Shown here: in pieces, positions 41,766 through 51,311 of the stretch
How positions within the stretch are numbered: position 1 is the stretch's first letter
Layout: each line of letters starts with the position of its first letter
Virus record (IMG/VR): IMGVR_UViG_3300042886_000261
Coordinates: 42,751 to 106,750 of that record
Direction: 5' to 3' (one strand)
Source of the DNA: a virus
Length of the DNA stretch: 64,000 nt
The notes under the pieces: model-generated
The model's input: only the letters and a program-made list of their open reading frames with translations
Told to the model about the DNA's origin: nothing
Database searches by the model: none
Position numbers and translations under genes: made by a program

Positions 41766-44729
41766 AGTAAACATAAAAGGAAAAACATTAGATCCCATTA
41801 CATATCCCATTTTAGTAGCACCACCTTTTTTCTGGTATTGTCCTTTTTGTAAATTATAATTTGCAAGTATAGCTTCTAAGTTTGATTCATCAGCTACTGG
41901 TCCTTTTAAACGGTTTCTTAATAATATTTCACCATATGCAGGATCTATATGAGAATTTTGTAATCCTTCTGCATATGCAAGATAGTCTTCATATGTAGTA
42001 GGTTTTGCTCTCTTACCATTTCTAAAATACATTTTACCACCTACACTAGGATCAATTGCATATTGTGGAGTCATTTGATTCATTGCATCAGTTTGATACA
42101 TATTAGTAAGTAATGTATTTTCTGCTTCACCTAAATTATGTCTTAAAGCACGTTTAGTATTATCCCTTTGTTGATTACCAATTACATTTTGATCATATAA
42201 TTGTTTAGCTAATCCTTGATTATATCTTTGTGCTTCATTTCTTATTTGTGTATTATTACCTTCAAATTGATTAGCAATACCAACATTTTGATTATTAAAT
42301 TGTGCAAGTGTATCAGCTGCATTTTTAGCAAACTGTCCACTAACAGATGATGCTCTACTTGAATAATCTTGAGCACCCATAAATTGTCCTAATCCTTGAT
42401 TAGTAATACTTGCTAATTCTGCATTTGCTGCTAAATTTCTAGTTGGATCTACAAAATGAGGAGTCATTGCTTCAGGATGATAATAAGGTGCCCAAGGCTT
42501 ATAATTTTTAGTACTAAAGTAATCTAATCCAGCATTAAGTCTATTTAATCTATCTTGTGCCCATGGTTCAAGTGGAGGCATAGGAGGATATTGTTCTTGT
42601 GCATCATCTAAATTATCAACATTTTCAGCAGCATCATCAGTTTTTGCAACAGCATCATCTTGTTCATATTGAAAATCAGGTTTAAATCCAAGAGCATCAA
42701 AATGTTCAATCCCACCTAATATATCATCACCTATTGCTGGTCTATATTCATTTTTACCTACTAAACCTTCAATACCTTTTGTAACTTCAGAATAATTTTT
42801 TTTATAAAAATCTTCTGATAATAAATCTTTATCATCTTTTGGTATATCTTTAATACCAAGAGTAGTTGCAAATTGTCTTCTTACTAATGCTTTTGCTTTT
42901 GGATCTTTTTGTATACGGTCAACTTCAGCAAATGCATCATCATCTGACATACCTAAACCTTTAGCTTGTTCAAATACAAATCTTTGTTCATATAAATCAG
43001 GAGTAAATCCTGCTACAAATGAACCTGAACCTTTTATTTTACCATTAACTGTTTTAGAATATGGACCTGTTGAACCTTGACTAACAATTTTATATTTATC
43101 AGTTCCAAATACTCCTGCAGCATTAGTTACATTTACTACTCTAGATAATAATACTCTATCTTTAAAATCACCTTTCCAGTTACCAGTAATTTTTATTTTA
43201 CCACTCTTTTTTGGTTCTTCAATAATAGTTCCAGCATCAATACCTTTTTTTATAATGGCATTTGCATCTTCCATCAATTTAGCATTTTCAGGAGATTCAT
43301 TTTTAAATGCATCAGCAGTTATACCTAAAGATTTTGTATCAGCTGTTACTTTACCAAGTGTATATGCAGTTACTTTTTTGTAAGAACCATCTTCTTGTTT
43401 AACATAATCTCCAACTTGTGTATCAGTAGTAATTCTATCTCTTACTACTGCTCCTGTAGGTAAATTATCTTTATTATATATTTTATTTTTAACTTCACCT
43501 TTAGTTTGATATCTAGTAAGTGCTCCACCTTCTCTATATTGTGTATCATGGAACGGCATACCATATCCACCCATAGTCATTCCATACTGAGCCATAGGAG
43601 CTTCCATCATTTCCTCTTGTGGATTCTGTCCTTGAGGACCTTCAGCCATCTCTTCTTGAGGATTTTGTTGTCCTTGTTGCATTACTTCTTGAATAGCAGC
43701 TTGTGCTTCTTCTTGAGGCATACCAATTTCTACAAGTATTTGCATTATTGCTTGAGGCGGAACTTGTTTTTGTAGTAATTGCATTATTACATCTTCAGGT
43801 TGTGCACCTTGTTGTAACATTTGTTGAACTTGTTGAACCATTTGTGCAAGAGGATTACCTTCACCTTGTTGTTGTGGTGCTCCTTGTTGTTGCTGTTGTT
43901 GCATCATTGCCATTTCTTCAGGAGAAGGTTGACCTTGTTCCATTCCTTCTTGAGCTACTCTTAATCTTCTACCCATTTGAAAGCCATATCTTCCCATTGG
44001 AGCTTCCATAGATTCTTCTTCAGGAGCTTGTTCACCCATACCTTGATTCTCATATGGGTTATTCATTGCTTGATTATTAACCTGTGCTTCTGGTTGAGCT
44101 TTTTGTGGTACTAAGTCTTCTTCTTTGATACCCATTGCTTCCATATATGGTCTAGCTACTTCAGGTACACCTTGTGGGAATCCTTTTTTAGCTTCTTGTG
44201 CAAGAGCTAATGCACCAAGTTTCATATTAATATTTTTAATCATTAACTCAGCAGACTTTTTATCTACTTTATCTGAGTTAGGATCTTCTAGTATTTTTCT
44301 GTATTTATTTAAATCATATGGTTTAGCTAATTCAGCAGGAGTATATCCTTTTTTACCACATGCTTTTCCAAACATCTTTAAAATTTTACAATCAGTAATC
44401 TTCATAGATGCAGTATCACTGAATATAAATGTACCATCAGGCAAATTTAAAGGAGTTCCTCCTGAATGATGTCTTTTTCCACCAATAAGCATATGTTCAG
44501 GAAACCCATCTCCATTGATATCACCAAATGCAGACTCACCTTTTTCAGCTTCTAAATTAGCTTCATCTCTTGGTACCTGTTTTAGATATCTAGTATTCTC
44601 AAGATGTTTTGATGAAGCATTCATATCAGCACCACCAAAACTAATTACTTGCTTATTTAAATTGTTACCTGTAAAACCTCCTGATTTTGCTTGTGGTAAT
44701 CCCTTAGTTATTTTTACTTTGAAGTACAT
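41763..44729 (-). CDS. putative virion cargo protein with Q/M-rich region and xxGG motifs
   Basis: NLEAEKGE…GGKRHHSGGTPLNLPDGTFIFSD domain, poly-Q region, repeated GG motifs. Confidence 0.6.
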   Translation of the reverse strand: MYFKVKITKGLPQAKSGGFTGNNLNKQVISFGGADMNASSKHLENTRYLKQVPRDEANLEAEKGESAFGDINGDGFPEHMLIGGKRHHSGGTPLNLPDGTFIFSDTASMKITDCKILKMFGKACGKKGYTPAELAKPYDLNKYRKILEDPNSDKVDKKSAELMIKNINMKLGALALAQEAKKGFPQGVPEVARPYMEAMGIKEEDLVPQKAQPEAQVNNQAMNNPYENQGMGEQAPEEESMEAPMGRYGFQMGRRLRVAQEGMEQGQPSPEEMAMMQQQQQQGAPQQQGEGNPLAQMVQQVQQMLQQGAQPEDVIMQLLQKQVPPQAIMQILVEIGMPQEEAQAAIQEVMQQGQQNPQEEMAEGPQGQNPQEEMMEAPMAQYGMTMGGYGMPFHDTQYREGGALTRYQTKGEVKNKIYNKDNLPTGAVVRDRITTDTQVGDYVKQEDGSYKKVTAYTLGKVTADTKSLGITADAFKNESPENAKLMEDANAIIKKGIDAGTIIEEPKKSGKIKITGNWKGDFKDRVLLSRVVNVTNAAGVFGTDKYKIVSQGSTGPYSKTVNGKIKGSGSFVAGFTPDLYEQRFVFEQAKGLGMSDDDAFAEVDRIQKDPKAKALVRRQFATTLGIKDIPKDDKDLLSEDFYKKNYSEVTKGIEGLVGKNEYRPAIGDDILGGIEHFDALGFKPDFQYEQDDAVAKTDDAAENVDNLDDAQEQYPPMPPLEPWAQDRLNRLNAGLDYFSTKNYKPWAPYYHPEAMTPHFVDPTRNLAANAELASITNQGLGQFMGAQDYSSRASSVSGQFAKNAADTLAQFNNQNVGIANQFEGNNTQIRNEAQRYNQGLAKQLYDQNVIGNQQRDNTKRALRHNLGEAENTLLTNMYQTDAMNQMTPQYAIDPSVGGKMYFRNGKRAKPTTYEDYLAYAEGLQNSHIDPAYGEILLRNRLKGPVADESNLEAILANYNLQKGQYQKKGGATKMGYVMGSNVFPFMFT

Positions 44730-44738
44730 AATATAATA

Positions 44739-47066
44739 TTAATAAAATTCTAATTCACCTCCATTAGCACGGAACTCATCTATTTCTTTTTGTGTCATCC
44801 ATTGAGCATCTTCATCATCATCATCTGCAAAATTTCCACCCATAGCATAAACACCTCCACCATATTTTGAAACAACACCTTCAAATCCCATTTGATTAGG
44901 TTTATATAAACCAGTTTGATCATGACCTCCTTGATTATATGCACTACTTATAGGTTGTTGTCCAAAATTTTCATACATTTGATTTTGCTGTTTATTAGCA
45001 TTTATGTTTTCAAGTCCTTGTGCTAATGCATTTGCTCCTATTAAAGTATCATCTGCTATTGCTTTACCATCAATATCCCAAGCTTGTTTATTTTTAAATT
45101 TTTGAGAAACATTTGCTGGAGTATCAGTTACTGGTGCTCTATTAGGTTGATTAGGATCAATAGTATAATTATCAGGTTGCATACTTTCAGGTACTGTTGG
45201 TTGAATCATATTACCAGTTGCATCTTTAGTTGGTGCTTTATCAAAAAATCCTTGAAGATTACTAAGATTCATATTATTATCATTAGGATTAAATCCTACT
45301 TGACCATCAATTTGATATTTATGTAATTCTGGTATAGATACATCTCCTCCATAAGCATATTGAGTATAATCTATTGGGCCACCATATGCTTTTGTTGGAG
45401 GTTCAGGTAATAAAGGTTTATAACTTGAATCACGTTTTTTCATTCTTGCTTCTTCTTCTGGATCATTAGGTACATTTGTATTCCATTTACCTTCTCCTGG
45501 AGAAGGAGTATAACGTGATGTTATTTTAGCTCCAAGTTGTTTTATACCTGGTATTCTTGTATTCATCATTCCTTCACCTACTCTTTCACCAAAAGTGTTA
45601 CCTCTATATGGTGCATCTTCTGACTTTCCATTTTCTGGCATTTTAATTAATGGAGGAACGGTAGAAGATGAGTTTCCATTACCACCATAATTTATTGTAA
45701 GTTCTTTTGGTTTACCAAATATTCTAAATTTATCTACATGTACACTTGATGGTGCTCTATTTGCAAGATCAGGTCCTATATATTTTTCACCAGATTCAGT
45801 ATAATATGGAGAACCAACTGCTTTATTATATTGCATGCCTCTCCTAATAGGAGATCTGAATTTACCAATACCACCCTGATTACTCATTTGTTGCATTATT
45901 TGTTGCTGCATCATTTGTTGCAATAACATCTGTTGTTGTTTTTGAGCAGCAGTACTATTTTGAGAAGTTAATGTTTCATATTTTTTCTTCCAGTCTTCAG
46001 TACTTGCAGTATTTGCAGTTTTATCTGCTAGTTCTTTATCTGCTAATACTTTGTTAGCAGCAAGTTCTTCAGGTGTATATAAAACTCCTGTAGCAGGATT
46101 ATAAAGATTAGGTTTAACTTCTCCTTCATCTACATATTTATGTAAAGCTCCACCATGTTTAGCATATCTTTGATAATCTAAATCAGAATCTTGATACTGT
46201 TCATCCATTAATTCATTATCACCTCCTCCTATAAATTTATATAAACCAGACTCAGGATCTGTAAAACCACCATATTGTCCAAATTGTTGTTTTGGAGTAT
46301 CATTTTGAATATTCTGATTATTTTGAAAAATATCACCTAAACCAGCTGCATAAGCACCAATATGATGCATTGGATTTTCTATATCTATTTGTTCTTGCTG
46401 TATCCCACCATCTTCAAATGCACCAACTTGTGGATTACCATATATAGCATTATATTGAGCTTCAGCTGCTTGTTTTTGTTGTGCTAAATTAACTGATTCA
46501 CCTATACCTTTAAAGAAATCCAGCACCTGTCTTCCTCTTCCTTCTTTACCTTGTATATCATCTGAACCAACAGAAGGTGTATTACCTCCTTCAGCTTTTT
46601 TAGCAAGTTTAGTATATTGATTAATAAAACTTCTTTTACTTGGTTTAGCTCCACCTAATTTTGCATACATTGCTTCTTCATCTTCTGGAGTATCTTCAGT
46701 AGTTGACATGTCAATATTAGTATCATACATGGCATTTAATCTATCTTGTTTTGCTTGTTCTTCAGCTGCATTTTGTTCATCAAGTAATGCTTGTTCTTCT
46801 TCAGCTTGTGCTTGTTGTTCTGGAGTAAGTTCACCATTATCTGTTTCATCAGAACTATTTTGTTCAAGATAATCACTAACTTCAGTAATATATTCATCAG
46901 CAGTTTCAGAATCTATACCAACTTGTGCTAATTCTTCTGAGATTGCATCAGTATCACCATCATAATCATCTGCAGATAATCTATCAGCAATATGTTTATA
47001 TATTTGTTCTTGAGTAGGTGCATTTGACTGACCTCCTGCTTTATATATTCTTACTCTCCTTTTCAT
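44739..47066 (-). CDS. putative virion cargo protein, low complexity, ~15 GG sites
   Basis: 775 aa, acidic/Q-rich, no Cys. Confidence 0.6.
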   Translation of the reverse strand: MKRRVRIYKAGGQSNAPTQEQIYKHIADRLSADDYDGDTDAISEELAQVGIDSETADEYITEVSDYLEQNSSDETDNGELTPEQQAQAEEEQALLDEQNAAEEQAKQDRLNAMYDTNIDMSTTEDTPEDEEAMYAKLGGAKPSKRSFINQYTKLAKKAEGGNTPSVGSDDIQGKEGRGRQVLDFFKGIGESVNLAQQKQAAEAQYNAIYGNPQVGAFEDGGIQQEQIDIENPMHHIGAYAAGLGDIFQNNQNIQNDTPKQQFGQYGGFTDPESGLYKFIGGGDNELMDEQYQDSDLDYQRYAKHGGALHKYVDEGEVKPNLYNPATGVLYTPEELAANKVLADKELADKTANTASTEDWKKKYETLTSQNSTAAQKQQQMLLQQMMQQQIMQQMSNQGGIGKFRSPIRRGMQYNKAVGSPYYTESGEKYIGPDLANRAPSSVHVDKFRIFGKPKELTINYGGNGNSSSTVPPLIKMPENGKSEDAPYRGNTFGERVGEGMMNTRIPGIKQLGAKITSRYTPSPGEGKWNTNVPNDPEEEARMKKRDSSYKPLLPEPPTKAYGGPIDYTQYAYGGDVSIPELHKYQIDGQVGFNPNDNNMNLSNLQGFFDKAPTKDATGNMIQPTVPESMQPDNYTIDPNQPNRAPVTDTPANVSQKFKNKQAWDIDGKAIADDTLIGANALAQGLENINANKQQNQMYENFGQQPISSAYNQGGHDQTGLYKPNQMGFEGVVSKYGGGVYAMGGNFADDDDEDAQWMTQKEIDEFRANGGELEFY

Positions 47067-47084
47067 ATAACATGTAATATATAT

Positions 47085-47129
47085 TAAATATAATAATTTT
47101 TAGTTTACTAGATAAACATTAAAAGTTTA
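47085..47129 (-). promoter_or_regulatory. putative late promoter with TAAAC-N7-GTTTA palindrome
   Basis: Minus strand AAAAATTATTATATTTA ~20 nt upstream of ATG 47066; palindrome at 47113-47129. Confidence 0.45.
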
Positions 47130-50100
47130 TTTAAGTTCTTCTACTATAAATCCTGCTTCTTTTAATAGTCTTATTTCTTCATCATCAAGGTCATCTTCCC
47201 ATGATTCAATTGAACCTCCATTTTTTTCTTCAGGGGTTGAATTTAAACCTTGATATATATCATTAACAAAAAATGGATTTTTAGCATATTCAAGTGGACT
47301 TTCATATGCTTCTTTTGCACCTCTTTTAAACATTTCTGCTCTTGATGGTTTTTCAGATTCTGGCAATATATAATTCTTATCATCAAGAATTTTTATTTCA
47401 CTTGGTTTTAAATATGTATTTCTATCATTCTTATCATAATTATATGCATCATAAGCACCATATCCTAAACCTCCAAGAACTACATCTTTACCATATTTTT
47501 CTGCTAAATTTTGTAAACCTGCACCAGTTGTAGACCATTGAAATTTACCATTCATTAATTTTTGTTTATTAATTTTAGCATATTTATTCATAAAAGGGTA
47601 TTTTCTAAATAGTTCTACTCCTGGATCTGATATTGGTACGTCATATCTATTAACACCAGCTTTAGTTTCTATTGGAAATGTTGCATTTGATTTTCTACTA
47701 AATCTACCTTGTGGATTTGCTTTACCTAATCTTATATTTGAACCTTCAACTGTATCATCAAATCTTGCTGCATAAATTTTACTTGCATCTGTTTTACCTA
47801 CTTGAGTTGATAATGGTTTAGCTTTACCAAATAATGATTTTCCTCCAGTTAATTTATTATTTTTAATAGATTTACCAAGTACATTACCTAATGGTCTAAC
47901 TGCTCCTTCTAATTTTTCACCTACTGGTAATAAATTTAATGGATTATATTTATTAAATGCTTTAGAAAGGAATGGAGAAATATATCCTTTATCAATTATA
48001 TTACCTAATACTTTATTTTTAGGTCCAATAAAATTTTGAATAAGTTGTGGAGATATACCAGCATTTAAATTTGAACCTGCATTTTCAAAAATGTTAACTT
48101 TTGGTTTTATATTACTATATTTATTACTATATCCTATTTCTGGAAAATATTTTCTTGGTATACCCATAATTTTTGGGTATTGTGCATTTACTAAATCAGC
48201 AACATGTTGGCCTGTTGTTCCCATTCCAACATTTGAACGAGGGTCAGTTATACCAAATGATTGAGGAATATATTCAGATGGATTTACATCAAATCTTATT
48301 GTTTTAGCTCTATTTCTTAACTCTTGAGGTAAATTTAATTCACCTTTTTGAAAATCACTTGAAGCTGTTACAGATTGACTTTTACCAGACATACCTTTAG
48401 CTGATTCACTCATTGAGTTTTCTAAATTAGCTATTTCTCTTTCTGAAAGTCTTAAATGATTTACATTACCAGGCCCAGGTCTATTAGTTGGATAAAAACC
48501 AATTGTTGATTCATAAGATGTATCACCTTTTGGTTTATATGAATACCAACTTCCTGTTAAAGCTTGTTGTTCTTCTGTTAAATCTCTTCCAGCTTTTTCT
48601 AATCCATAAGGAATATTATCTGGATCCCATCTAGTTACTGGTTCATAAGTTGGAAGTTTTAATCTTTTGGCTTCTTTTGATGCATATGCTAAATCTTTTC
48701 CATAATTTACTGCAGTTTTAGTTCCTTTACCTAAATACTTGGCACCTTGATTTACATCTTGTGCAAGTGATTTTATACCAGGTTTTAAGGCATCTACACC
48801 TAAACCTAATAAAGATTTACCTGCCATCATTTCACCAACACCAGTAAGTAAAAAAGGATTTAATCCAGCAGCATCACCAGGTGATACATTACCCATTAAC
48901 TGACCAGATCCAAAAGTTGGTTGTTTTCTTCTACTATTTTTTAATTTATTTGCTACAGCAGCTCCAATAGCATCTAATCCAGAAAAAGTTTCTAAAGCTC
49001 CGGTACCACTATTATGTATTTCATTCCATTCTTTATTTGTTAAACCAGGAGTTTTATAATTAAATACATCTTTATCTGCATTACCAAATAATGCTGGTAC
49101 ACCTGTAGATTTAATTAAAAAGTTACCTAATTCTTGTGCACCTGCACCACTTCTTGCCCATAGGGAAGGTTGTAGATTTTGTCCATAGTCTGAATATGAT
49201 GCTATTTCTCTTTCTTTATTACTTAAATGGTCTACCCATTCTCTATGTTTATTAGGATCATATCCTTTTTGTTTACCAAGACTTTCAGTTATATAATTAT
49301 TTCTAAGAATCTCATAATCATTTTTAATTTCTTCTTCTCTATCTTCTGGTAAAGTATCTGGGTTTATACCTAAAGCATGAGCAAATTTTTTATTTACTCT
49401 TTTTTTATACTTGTCATGTTGTTGACCAAGATATTGATCATATGGATGAGTTTTATCAAACTCCATTTTATACTTTAACCAATCTGGAATATTTTCAGGT
49501 CTTACTATTACTTCTGGTAAGTACGTATAGTTAGATACTTTACCTTCTGCATTAGGTGCATTACGTTTAGCAGCATCTTGAAGATAATGATCATACTCAT
49601 AATCATAATTACTTTCATCAAACTCTTCACCTGTTTGTGCTTTATGAAGTGCTCCACCTTGTCTAAAATTTTCAGTAAGACCTGCTGGTTTTAACCGTGA
49701 ATTAATTTTAGCTTTTTCTTGTTCTTGATATTTAAGATTTTTTTGTTGGGAAGCATCACTATCTCTTTTTCTTCTGGCTGCCTCTCTTTGTTCTTGAGTA
49801 TATCCTTCAGGTAAATTTAAATTTTCATCACCAGCTAATGTACCAAATCTTGGACCTGAATAACGTACAGGTTTTACATATGGTGCTGCAGGTATTATTT
49901 CATATTCAGGTCTAATAGATTGTTGATATGGTATAGGTTTAAGAGGAGTAACTTCCTCAATAAGTGGTTGATATATATTATGTATTACTGATTTTTTAAA
50001 TATAGGATAAGCCATATCTCCAAAACTAGTATTTGGTACATTTTCATAGCCTACTGACTTAATACCTTTTATTGTTAATTCATTTATAAAAGGGTCTTTA

Positions 50101-51311
50101 GAGTATTTTTTTGCAGCATCATAATAAATTTTTTCTCTTTTTTTTAATTCAGCTTGATATGGTTTTGTTAATTCATTATAGTACTTTTCTCTTTCTTGAT
50201 TAGTGTGATTTGCTTTATACAGATAAGCATCCCATATAGGATCTGTTTCCTGTCTCATTTTATGATATAAATCAGTATATGGTTTTCCTTTACTTTTTAA
50301 ATAGTTACCTACATTATACGCAGCTATAATATCTTTTTCAGCTGCAAAAGCTTTATCATATGCAGTTTTATCAGTATGAATTACTGTTTTACCTGTTTGT
50401 GCTTTAACTAGTTCATGTTGTACAAAACCTCCTTGTTTTTTAATAGGATTATTGTTTAAAGTATTTCCAGGTTCAGCTTCATCAAAATACCATTTTAAAT
50501 CCTCATCAGACATATTACTTCTATTTACATGTGAAGTATTAAAATTCCATGACCCATCTTGCTTTTGTACCCATTCTCCTCCTGGGTTTTCTGTATTACT
50601 ATATAAACTTCCATGTGATACTGATCCATCAGCCCAGTTTGTATGATCACTAAAAGTAGGATGATTAGGAAGTTTATATTGATCAGTTGCATGTCCTTTA
50701 CCATGTGAAAATGCTTCAAAGCCCATTGGGTCTTCTGCAGTAAATCTTCTTAAATCATAATCAGGAGACCATGGATCACCTACAGGAATTGCTTCTGGTT
50801 CTACTTTATTTCTTGGACCTGCATTATTTTGTGGACCACCTACTTGTGCTTCAGGTAATTCTTCTACTACATAACCTCCATCTCTATATGCTTGTATTTC
50901 TTCATCAGTAAGATCACGGTCTTCATAATCAGCTTCTCCACCATTTTCTTCAGTAGGTAGATTAAAACCATAATTTAATTCATAGTGACTTAATGGATTA
51001 GGATTAAGATTAATAGTACCAAGTTTAGAACCACCTTTTTTAGCCATAGGTGTTTCATCTACATAAGATGCATTAGGAAAATTATAATCTTGATTAGGTT
51101 GCATCATTGATCCTTGTCCTACATTAGGTTGTGCCCATACAGGATAAGGTACACCTTGCATAGTAATATCATTACCTGGGATTCTAGTTTTTTGACCTGG
51201 GTATTTCCACTGACCTGCTGGATCAGTTATTATATCTTTTGGTTTACCTGGTGCTTTTGCTTTACCTAATTCTGATACAGCTTTAGATAATACTTTTTTA
51301 TTGAATCCCAT
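47127..51311 (-). CDS. modular virion cargo protein, polyprotein-like
   Basis: 1394 aa, no Cys, coupled to the muzzle gene; modules (GQWKYPG…ITMQGVPYPV; KLPNHPTFSD) separated by xxGG / KAQTG motifs. Confidence 0.6.
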   Translation of the reverse strand: MGFNKKVLSKAVSELGKAKAPGKPKDIITDPAGQWKYPGQKTRIPGNDITMQGVPYPVWAQPNVGQGSMMQPNQDYNFPNASYVDETPMAKKGGSKLGTINLNPNPLSHYELNYGFNLPTEENGGEADYEDRDLTDEEIQAYRDGGYVVEELPEAQVGGPQNNAGPRNKVEPEAIPVGDPWSPDYDLRRFTAEDPMGFEAFSHGKGHATDQYKLPNHPTFSDHTNWADGSVSHGSLYSNTENPGGEWVQKQDGSWNFNTSHVNRSNMSDEDLKWYFDEAEPGNTLNNNPIKKQGGFVQHELVKAQTGKTVIHTDKTAYDKAFAAEKDIIAAYNVGNYLKSKGKPYTDLYHKMRQETDPIWDAYLYKANHTNQEREKYYNELTKPYQAELKKREKIYYDAAKKYSKDPFINELTIKGIKSVGYENVPNTSFGDMAYPIFKKSVIHNIYQPLIEEVTPLKPIPYQQSIRPEYEIIPAAPYVKPVRYSGPRFGTLAGDENLNLPEGYTQEQREAARRKRDSDASQQKNLKYQEQEKAKINSRLKPAGLTENFRQGGALHKAQTGEEFDESNYDYEYDHYLQDAAKRNAPNAEGKVSNYTYLPEVIVRPENIPDWLKYKMEFDKTHPYDQYLGQQHDKYKKRVNKKFAHALGINPDTLPEDREEEIKNDYEILRNNYITESLGKQKGYDPNKHREWVDHLSNKEREIASYSDYGQNLQPSLWARSGAGAQELGNFLIKSTGVPALFGNADKDVFNYKTPGLTNKEWNEIHNSGTGALETFSGLDAIGAAVANKLKNSRRKQPTFGSGQLMGNVSPGDAAGLNPFLLTGVGEMMAGKSLLGLGVDALKPGIKSLAQDVNQGAKYLGKGTKTAVNYGKDLAYASKEAKRLKLPTYEPVTRWDPDNIPYGLEKAGRDLTEEQQALTGSWYSYKPKGDTSYESTIGFYPTNRPGPGNVNHLRLSEREIANLENSMSESAKGMSGKSQSVTASSDFQKGELNLPQELRNRAKTIRFDVNPSEYIPQSFGITDPRSNVGMGTTGQHVADLVNAQYPKIMGIPRKYFPEIGYSNKYSNIKPKVNIFENAGSNLNAGISPQLIQNFIGPKNKVLGNIIDKGYISPFLSKAFNKYNPLNLLPVGEKLEGAVRPLGNVLGKSIKNNKLTGGKSLFGKAKPLSTQVGKTDASKIYAARFDDTVEGSNIRLGKANPQGRFSRKSNATFPIETKAGVNRYDVPISDPGVELFRKYPFMNKYAKINKQKLMNGKFQWSTTGAGLQNLAEKYGKDVVLGGLGYGAYDAYNYDKNDRNTYLKPSEIKILDDKNYILPESEKPSRAEMFKRGAKEAYESPLEYAKNPFFVNDIYQGLNSTPEEKNGGSIESWEDDLDDEEIRLLKEAGFIVEELK
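49629..50406. repeat. 16-bp direct repeat ACCTGTTTGTGCTTTA (49629-49644, 50391-50406) encoding KAQTG
   Basis: Exact copies 762 bp (254 codons) apart. Confidence 0.8.
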
